From the NCBI GenBank assembly GCA_012295275.1, contig CM022665.1, forward strand, positions 13,020,001 through 13,084,000: a stretch of DNA of 64,000 bases. The letters are read 5' to 3'. The DNA is from Chrysomallon squamiferum (Eukaryota > Animalia > Mollusca). The translations under genes and the position numbers were made by a program. The notes beneath the pieces were generated by a model. It searched no databases and was not told the origin of the DNA. It saw only the letters and a list, made by a program, of their open reading frames with translations. Numbering within the stretch: the stretch's first letter is position 1; each line of letters starts with the position of its first letter. Positions 54,901-64,000 of the stretch are shown here, piece after piece.

Positions 54901-57900
54901 TACAGTGCTCTTTTCACCATCCTTTGTCTTACAAGGTTTCCTGTTATCTGAACTGTCACCAAAGTCACACAGTCCTGAAGAAACAAGAGCTGCAGTATCA
55001 TCCATATTTCTGTCAGATTCTCCATCAGGATGTACTGCATAAGCCATTAAAGGTTCATCAGATCTGCCTTTGTTGTGTTCCCCTGTAACATCGTCTTCAG
55101 CAGAAACATTTTCTGTCATAACACCACCTTTATGCACTTTATTGGTTTCTGTCTGGTCAAATTTGTTTTCACTGAGATCATGTTTTTCCACAGAATCTAG
55201 TTGTGTCTGTCTATCAAACAATATTTCTTCTGACATTTTATCCTTAAAAGTTTCTCCTTTAGGTAATACAGAACTGCCTGCAAGTTCTTTTGTGTCACTG
55301 AATACCTCAGATTCAGACGTCTTTAAGATTTCTGGAGCATATGACTGAGACAGTTTCTGGAAATTTGCATTATCTAACATCACTGGATCCACACTACTTC
55401 CTTCCAACTGAATAACATCTATATATGGCTTTGGAACAGCACAACTATGATCCTGCTGCTTAACCTCAGTGTCTGGTGTCCTGTAACTGACTTTCTTCGC
55501 ATTGGAGATACATGTTTCAGCTGCTTTAAGAGGAGGATCCACAGATGTTGAAAATTTTGTTTCAGAATCACCAGCCAGTAGTTCTTTTGTTTCAGAATCA
55601 CCATCCTGTAATTTTGTTTCTGCATCACCAGCCTGTAGTCTTCTTCTTTCAGAATCATCATCCTGCAGTTTGGTTTCACCATCACCAGCCTGCAGTCTTC
55701 TTGTTTCAGAATCATCATCCTGCAGTTTTGTTTCAGCATCACCAGCCTGTGGTCTTCTTGTTTCAGAATCACCATCCTGCAGTTTTGTTTCAGAATCATC
55801 AGCCTGCAGTCTTCTTGTTTCAGAGTCGCCATCCTGCAGTTTTGTTTCAGAATCACCAGCCTGTAGTTCTTTTATTTCAGAATCACCATCCTGCAGTTTT
55901 GTTTCAAAACCAGCCTGTAGTCTTCTTGTTTCAGAATCACCATCCTGCAGTTTTGTTTCAGAATCACCAGCCTGCGGTCTTCTTGTTTCTGAATCACCAT
56001 CCTGCAGTTTTGTTTCAGAATCACCAGCCTGCAGTCTTCTTGTTTCTGAATCATCATCCTGCAGTTTTGTTTCAGCATCACCAGCCTGTGGTCTTCTTGT
56101 TTCAGAATCACCATCCTGCAGTTTTGTTTCAGAATCATCAGCCTGCAGTCTTCTTGTTTCAGAGTCGCCATCCTGCAGTTTTGTTTCAGAATCACCAGCC
56201 TGTAGTTCTTTTGTTTCAGAATCACCATCCTGCAGTTTTGTTTCAGAATCACCAGCCTGGAGTCTTCTTGCTTCAGAATCGCCTTCCTGCAGTTTTGTTT
56301 CAGAATCACCAGCCTGCAGTTTTGTTTCTGAATCATCATCCTGCAGTTTTGTTTCAGCATCACCAGCCTGCAGTCTTCTTGTTTCAGAATTGCCTTCCTG
56401 CAGTTTTGTTTCAGAATCACCAGCCTGCAGTTTTGTTTCTGAATCATCATCCTGCAGTTTTGTTTCAGCATCACCAGCCTGCAGTCTTCTTGTTTCAGAA
56501 TCACCATCCTGCAGTTTTGTTTCAGAATCACCAGCTTGTGGTCTTCTTGTTTCAGAATCGCCATCCTGCAGTTTTGTTTCAAAACCAGCCTGTAGTCTTC
56601 TTGTTTCTGAATCATCATCCTGCAGTTTTCTTTCAGCATCACCAGTCTGCAGTCTTCTTGTTTCCGAATCACCATCCTGCAGTTTTGTTTCAGCATCACC
56701 AGCCTGTAGTCTTCTTGTTTCAGAATCGCCATCCTGCAGTTTTGTTTCAGAATCACCAGCCTGTAGTCTTCTTCTTTCAGAATCACCATCCTGCAGATTT
56801 GTTTCAGCATCACCGGCCTGCGGTCTTCTTCTTTCAGAATCGCCATCCTGCAGTTTTGTTTCAGAATCACCAGCCTGTAGTTTTGTTTCAGAATCACCAT
56901 CCTGCAGTTTTGTTTCAGCATCACCAGCCTGTAGTCTTCTTCTTTCAGAATCGCTATCCTGCAGTTTTGTTTCTGAATCATCATCCTGCAGTTTTGTTTC
57001 AGCATCACCAGCCTGCGGTCTTCTTGTTTCTGAATCATCATCATGCAGTTTTGTTTCACCATCACCAGCCTGCAGTCTTCTTGTTTCAGAATCACCATCC
57101 TGCAGTTTTGTTCCTGAATCATCATCCAGCAGTTTTGTTTCAGCATCACCAGCCTGTGGTCTTCTTGTTTCAGCATCACCGGCCTGCAGTCTTCTTGTTT
57201 CAGAATCGCCATCCTGCAGTTTTGTTTCAGAATCACCAGCCTGGAGTCTTCTTGTTTCAGAATCGCCATCCTTCAGTTTTGTTTCAGAATCACCATCATT
57301 CAGTTTTGTTTCAGAATCACCAGCCTGTGGTCTTCTTGTTTCAGAATCGCCATCCTGCAGTTTTGTTTCAGCATCACCAGCCTGTAGTTCTTTTCTTTCA
57401 GAATCACCATCCTGGAGATTTGTTTCAGAATCACCAGCCTGTAGTCTTCTTGTTTCAGAATCGCCATCCTGCAGTTTTGTTTCAGCATCAGCAGCCTGTA
57501 GTTCTTTTCTTTCAGAATCACCAGCCTGTAGTCTTCTTGTTTCAGAATCACCATCCTTCAGTTTTGTTTCAGAATCACCAGCCTGTGGTCTTCTTGTTTC
57601 AGCATCACCGGCCTGCAGTCTTCTTGTTTCAGAATCGCCATCCTGCAGTTTTGTTTCAGAATCACCAGCCTGTGGTCTTCTTGTTTCAGAATCGCCATCC
57701 TGCAGTTTTGTTTCAGAATGACCAGCCTGTAGTCTTCTTGGTTCAGAATCGCCATCCTGCAGTTTTGTTTCAGCATCACCAGCCTGTGGTCTTCTTGTTT
57801 CAGAATCGCCATCCTGCAGTTTTGTTTCAGAATCACCAGCCTGTAGTTTTGTTTCAGCATCACCAGCCTGTAGTTCTTTTGTTTCAGAATCACCATCCTG

Positions 57901-60900
57901 CAGTTTTGTTTCAGAATCACCAGCAGTTTTGTTTCAGCATCACCAGCCTGTAGTCTTGTTTCAGAATCACCATCCTGCAGTTTTGTTTCAGAATCACCAG
58001 CCTGTAGTCTTCTTGTTTCAGAATCGCCATCCTGCAGTTTTGTTTCAGAATCACCAGCCTGTAGTCTTCTTGTTTCAGAATCGCCATCCTGCAGTTTTGT
58101 AGTCTTCTTTTCAGAATCATCCTGCAGTTTTGTTTCAGCATCACCAGCCTGTAGTTCTTTTCTTTCAGAATAAACATCCTGCAGTTTTGTTTCAGAATCA
58201 CCTTGTAGTTCCTTTCAGAATAAAGTCAGTTTTGTTTTGTTTCTGAATCATCATCCTGCAGTTTTGTTTCAGAATCACCAGCCTGGAGTCTTCTTGTTTC
58301 AGAATCACCATCCTTCAGTTTTGTTTCAGAATCACCAGCCTGGAGTCTTCTTGTTTCAGAATTGCCATCCTGCAGTTTTCTTTCAGCATCACCAGCTTGT
58401 AGTTCTTTTCTTTCAGAATCACCATCCTGCAGTTTTGTCTCAGCATCACCAGCCTGTAGTCTTCTTGTTTCAGAATCGCCATCCTGCAGTCTTCTTGTTT
58501 CAGAATCACCATCCTGCAGTTTTGTTTCAGAATCACCAGCCTGTGGTCTTCTTGTTTCAGAATCGCCATCCTGCAGTTTTGTTTCAGAATGACCAGCCTG
58601 TAGTCTTCTTGGTTCAGAATCGCCATCCTGCAGTTTTGTTTCAGCATCACCAGCCTGTGGTCTTCTTGTTTCAGAATCGCCATCCTGCAGTTTTGTTTCA
58701 GAATCACCAGCCTGTAGTTTTGTTTCAGCATCACCAGCCTGTAGTTCTTTTGTTTCAGAATCACCATCCTGCAGTTTTGTTTCAGAATCACCAGCCTGTA
58801 GTCTTCTTGTTTCAGAATCACCATCCTGCAGATTTGTTTCAGAATCACCAGCCTGTAGTCTTCTTGTTTCAGAATCGCCATCCTGCAGTTTTGTTTCAGC
58901 ATCACCAGCCTGTAGTCTTCTTGTTTCAGAATCGCCATCCTGCAGTTTTGTTTCAGCATCACCAGCTTGTAGTTCTTTTCTTTCAGAATCAACATCCTGC
59001 AGTTTTGTTTCAGAATCACCAGCCTGTAGTCTTGTTTCTGAATCATCATCCTGCAGTTTTGTTTCAGCATCACCAGCCTGCAGTCTTCTTGTTTCTGAAT
59101 CATCATCCTGCAGTTTTGTTTCAGCATCACCAGCCTGGAGTCTTCTTGTTTCAGAATCACCAGCCTGCAGTTTTGTTTCTGAATCATCATCCTGCAGTTT
59201 TGTTTCTGAATCATCATCCTGCAGTTTTGTTTCAGCATCAACGGCCTGCAGTCTTCTGGTTTCAGAACCGCCATCCTGCAGTTTTGTTTCAGCATCACCG
59301 GCCTGCGGTCCTCTTGTTTCTGAATCGCCATCCTGCAGTTTTATTTCAGCATCACCAGCCTGCTGGAGTCTTCTTGTTTCAGAATCACCATCCTGCAGTT
59401 TTGTTTCAGAATCACCAGCCTGTGGTCTTCTTGGTTCAGAATCGCCATCCTGCAGTTTTGTTTCAGCATCAACAGCCTGCAGTCTTCTTCTTTCAGAATC
59501 GCCATCCTGCAGTTTTGTTTCAGCATCACCAGCCTGTGGTCTTCTTGTTTCTGAATCGCCATCCTGCAGTTTTGTTTCAGCATCACCAGCCTGGAGTCTT
59601 CTTGTTTCAGAATCATCATCCTGCAGTTTTGTTTCACCATCACTAGCCTGTGGTCTTCTTGTTTCAGCATCACCGGCCTGCAGTCTTCTTGTTTCTGAAT
59701 CATCATCCTGTAGTTTTGTTTCAGCATCAACAGCCTCCGGTCTTCTTGTTTCAGAATCAGCATCCTGCAGTTTTGTTTCAGAATCCTCAGCCTGCGGTCT
59801 TCTTGTTTCAGAATCATCATCCTGCAGTTTTGTTTCAGCATCACTAGCCTGTGGTCTTCTTGTTTCAGCATCACCGGCCTGCAGTCTTCTTGTTTCTGAA
59901 TCATCATCCTGCAGTTTTGTTTCAGCATCACCAGCCTGCAGTCTTCTTGTTTCAGAATCACCATCCTGCAGTTTTGTTTCTGAATCATCATCCAGCAGTT
60001 TTGTTTCAGCATCACCAGCCTGTGGTCTTCTTGTTTCAGCATCACCAGCCTGCAGTCTTCTTGTTTCTGAATCATCATCCCAGTTTTGTTTCCATCACTA
60101 GCTGTGGTCTTTTGTTTCAGAATCACCAGCAGATTTGTTTCAGAATCTTCTTGTTTCAGAATCATCATCCTGCAGTTTTGTTTCTGAATCGTTATCCAGC
60201 AGTTTTGTTTCAGCATCACCAGCCTGTGGTCTTCTTGTTTCAGAATCACCATCCTGCAGTTTTGTTTCAGCATCACCAGCCTGCGGTCTTCTTGCTTCAG
60301 AATCATCATCCTGCAGTTTTGTTTCAGCATCATCAGCCTGCGGTCTTCTTGTTTCAGAATCATCATCCTGCAGTTTTGTTTCAGCATCATCAGCCTGCGG
60401 TCTTCTTGTTTCAGAATCAGCATCCTGCAGTTTTGTTTCTGAATCATCATCCAGCAGTTTTGTTTCAGCATCACCAGCCTGTGGTCTTCTTGTTTCAGCA
60501 TCACCAGCCTGCAGTCTTCTTGTTTCTGAATCATCATCCTGCAGTTTTGTTTCAGCATCACTAGCCTGTGGTCTTCTTGTTTCAGCATCACCAGCCAGTA
60601 GTCTTCTTGTTTCAGAATCATCATCCTGCAGTTTTGTTTCTGAATCGTTATCCAGCAGTTTTGTTTCAGCATCACCAGCCTGTGGTCTTCTTGTTTCAGA
60701 ATCACCATCCTGCAGTTTTGTTTCAGCATCACCAGCCTGCGGTCTTCTTGTTTCAGAATCACCAGCCTGTGGTCTTCTTGTTTCAGCATCACCAGCCTGC
60801 AGTCTTCTTGTTTCTGAATCATCATCCCGCAGTTTTGTTTCAGCATCACTAGCCTGTGGTCTTCTTGTTTCAGCATCACCAGCCAGTAGTCTTCTTGTTT

Positions 60901-63900
60901 CAGAATCATCATCCTGCAGTTTTGTTTCTGAATCGTTATCCAGCAGTTTTGTTTCAGCATCACCAGCCTGTGGTCTTCTTGTTTCAGAATCACCATCCTG
61001 CAGTTTTGTTTCAGCATCACCAGCCTGCGGTCTTCTTGTTTCAGAATCATCATCCTGCAGTTTTGTTTCAGCATCATCAGCCTGCGGTCTTCTTGTTTCA
61101 GAATCAGCATCCTGCAGTTTTGTTTCTGAATCATCATCCAGCAGTTTTGTTTCAGCATCACCAGCATGTGGTCTTCTTGTTTCAGCATCACCAGCCTGCA
61201 GTCTTCTTGTTTCTGAATCATCATCCTGCAGTTTTGTTTCAGCATCAACAGCCTGCGGTCTTCTTGTTTCAGAATCAGCATCCTGCAGTTTTGTTTCAGA
61301 ATCCTCAGCCTGCGGTCTTCTTGTTTCAGAATCATCATCCTGCAGTTTTGTTTCAGCATCACTAGCCTGTGGTCTTCTTGTTTCAGCATCACCGGCCTGC
61401 AGTCTTCTTGTTTCTGAATCATCATCCTGCAGTTTTGTTTCAGCATCACCAGCCTGCGGTCTTCTTGTTTCAGAATCAGCATCCTGCAGTTTTGTTTCAG
61501 AATCCTCAGCCTGCAGTCCTCTTGTTTCAAAATCATCATTCTGCATGCTGCTTGTAAAATCATGAATATCTAGTAGTTCTTTTATTTCAAGATTATCATC
61601 CTGCAGTCCACTTGTTTCAGAATTTTTCATTTCATCTCCATGTGGATGCTGTTTTGATCCTAATGTTTTGTCTAAGACTGACTGTTGAGATTTCACTGGC
61701 TGTTCCGAACTATCTTTTAACTGGTCAAAACTTTCTTTCTGTTCATGATTATCCATTGTGATATTTACAGTTTCTGTGATTATCTTCAGACTCTCATCAC
61801 CACTACCATCACTAACTGCCTCTTTGTCTGTTGGAAGAGAATGTTCATCACTGTATGATGATGACTCATCCGTTACCATTTCCTCACCCATCTCAAAACA
61901 TGTCCATTTTGATCCAACCATTGGAAGATCAGCTTTCTCAAGCAACTCCTTGACTACACCATCACCACACTCAACAACAGTTTCTCTGAGAACTCTTTCT
62001 TCTTCATCAGTTTGTTCCAGAACATCTGAATGATCTATCTCCTCTGATGGTTTCTGCATAGCGAATGATTCAGAGTCACAGTTTTCTTTCTTTGATTCAC
62101 TTTCAGTGATAGTTTTGTTTATGCTTGGGACATAATTACCAGTGATGTAAACTATACTCTCAGTGATTACAACTTCATCTTCACTTGAAGTCCCAGAACC
62201 TTCTGACTGTTCACTGCTAATTGGGTGCTTTTCAAGAGCAGTTCTCTTCCTCTTATGTTCATCTTTAGCAAACAACCCACCTTTCTCTTCTGAGTAATCT
62301 TGTTTGTCAGTCACTGATTTTGAGGACAATTCTGATTGGCTAAGAGATATTTTGATGTTTTTACCATTACCATCATCCATTGGATAAGAAACAATTTCTG
62401 TAACAAATGTCTGCATTTCCTCATCATTTGTATTAACATTTTCAGTCAATTCAGTTTTAGGATAAACATCATTTGTTACATTTTTGTAAGTATCTATCGC
62501 AGGTTGAGACTCTTCATGATATTTCATGTATGGAAATGTTTCAATTGTGATTATTTCACTATTTTCACTTAGATCTGATGATTTTCCATCTGCTTGAACA
62601 CCAGTCTTCTGTGTGGAAATGTCAGTTTCAGCAAACTGTTCATTGTCTTTGTTATCTGTTGTAAGAAATGAACTTTGAAGTTCTTCTTCTGTCTCCATGT
62701 CTAAACTGCTTTGTTTTCTTATTTCTTTATTATCTTGACCTGCTACAAAATAAGTAACAGTTTCTGTCACCAGTGTTTCATTATCATCTTGTTTATTTTC
62801 ATTGTCAGTATCTGATTCTGCTGAAAATACATTTGTGGCTACTGATAACAAATCCATGGCTGTTTGTTGTTGATCAGTTACCTGTTGTTTGCTGTCAGAT
62901 GTTGGTCTACTGATGATTTCTTCCTGAATGTAAGAAACTGTCTCAGTGCTGACTGTTTGTGGTTCATCTTCATAGTCAGCATCTAGTGTATTTTTATCAT
63001 TTGATAATATTACTGGATCAGTGACTTTTTCCATATTTCTAAATGGCTTGTCAAATTCATTGCTACCTTTATCTGCCATATATGTAATGGTTTCTGTGAT
63101 GAAAATTTCATTTTCTTCTTCACTGTTTTCACTTGTTGATTCTTCACTTCTGGGATGTGATGGAAGCATACTGTCCTCCATTACTGCTGTATCACACTGC
63201 TCCTTCTTCTCTAATAAATCTTGACTCAGTTTATCAAGTTTTTTTGATGATTCAGCTTCCTTAGGCTTTTGTTGATCCATTCTTGCTAACGTGCTGATTT
63301 CAGTGTCATTTGTTTTAAAGATAACAGTTTGTTGATCATCTATTGATGCTGGTGGATGAAGAGCTGTTTGTTCCTGTAGCAGCTGTTCATCTGTTCTAGA
63401 AGGTTCAGTAGTGTTATCTTCTGTCACATACATGACAGTTTCTATGATGAAAGTTTCTTCTTCCTCATTGCTCACTGCACTCTCATCTTTATCAAAAGAT
63501 TTTAGTTTCTGATGCTCATATACATTTTGCAGGCCACTACTTGAAGACTGACCAATGTCTTCAGTGTTATCAAGGTCAGTTACATAAGTAAAAATTTCAG
63601 TAACAACATCTCTATCAGATTCTATATTTTTGGCTTGATCAAGTGTTGGCTGAAAAGTAATGTCCTTTTCTTCTTTTCCTTCTTTTTGATCATTTCCAGT
63701 AGATTTTATGATTTCTAGATCTTCTGTTACATGTGTTACAGTTTCAAGATCGTCTGTAATATTGTCATTATAAACAGAACGTATATGCTGGAAAGTTATG
63801 TCCATGTTTTCTTTTTCTTCTTGCTGGTCCATTTCAGATGATTTAACACATTCTATGTGTTCTGTCACAAATGTTACACTTTCTGTGACAAAAGATTCAT

Positions 63901-64000
63901 GGTCTTCTGCCACTTCATCTTTATCTCTTGATGATTCTGATTTCTGGATGTCAGCATCTAAATTTTCTTTTTCTTGTTGTTTAATCTTTCTGGCAGACTT
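45963..64000 (-). CDS. STARD9: STARD9/KIF16A-like kinesin-3 family protein, giant internal exon (>18 kb, extends past the right edge; apparent frameshifts at ~47480 and within the repeat)
   Basis: ORFs 60140-63913, 47464-55542 and 45959-47443 are collinear on one strand. LTVELLEQKLNYCIGQTDLLL, ERTRSSSPLK, HKQHLIKLRRNLVE and DKLLQESSSIRSENRLQISEAEKSLR recall the conserved STARD9 C-terminal blocks (ELTEAKLHHGFGEADALL, RTRSLSPQK, EYLQQLRKDVVE; from memory). Donor AG|GTAAG at 45963. Confidence 0.6.
47745..48020 (-). repeat. Coding 39-bp (13-aa) tandem repeat, TDINxxKLDSDSQ-like, ~7 copies
   Basis: Seen in ORF 47464-55542. Confidence 0.85.
50480..51370 (-). repeat. Coding 24-bp (8-aa) tandem repeat, E(T/A)(T/A)DKISG-like
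   Basis: Seen in ORF 47464-55542. Confidence 0.9.
55550..61545 (-). repeat. ~6-kb coding minisatellite of alternating 27/30-bp units (ETKLQDGDS / ETRRLQAGDA)
   Basis: Units TCCTGCAGTTTTGTTTCAGAATCACCA and GCCTGTAGTCTTCTTGTTTCAGAATCACCA on the plus strand; in frame with unique coding sequence at both ends. Confidence 0.95.

Noticed and set aside
55550-61545. CRISPR-like appearance of regularly spaced short repeats (also 44611-44807 and 23182-23327)
   Set aside because: Units are head-to-tail with no unique spacers, there are no cas genes, and the context is eukaryotic.
55419-61565. Long alternative-frame and antisense ORFs (e.g. 739, 802 and 740 aa) over the minisatellite
   Set aside because: By-products of 27/30-bp units that lack stops in several frames. 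Only the ETKLQD/ETRRLQA frame is continuous with unique coding sequence.

Overview
AT-rich, intron-containing animal genomic DNA, most consistent with a lophotrochozoan or mollusc-like invertebrate (inferred from gene and repeat style only). From left to right: (1) the 5' part of ATG5 on the minus strand, with four coding exons, continuing off the left edge; (2) a degenerate SGNH-hydrolase fragment typical of Ngaro/DIRS retroelements (~4.0-4.5 kb) and a frameshifted parvovirus-like NS1 SF3 helicase, i.e. an endogenous viral element (~6.5-7.3 kb); (3) an intact ~638-aa multi-death-fold gene on the minus strand with 8 coding exons (CARD-like, DED, alpha/beta domain, coiled coil, DED-like; 9091-14326), plus a head-to-head pseudogenised paralog (19.2-21.6 kb) and a third deleted copy (25.2-25.8 kb); (4) a decayed DIRS/Ngaro retrotransposon (26.05-27.8 kb); (5) a 2-3x tandem segmental duplication (27.9-39.6 kb) carrying a conserved promoter-like block and a ~120-nt near-invariant structured element, with no credible ORF; (6) the 3' part of a STARD9/KIF16A-like gene on the minus strand, with a >18-kb coding exon that contains a ~6-kb coding minisatellite. 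All family assignments come from manual translation and motif recall; no database searches were run.
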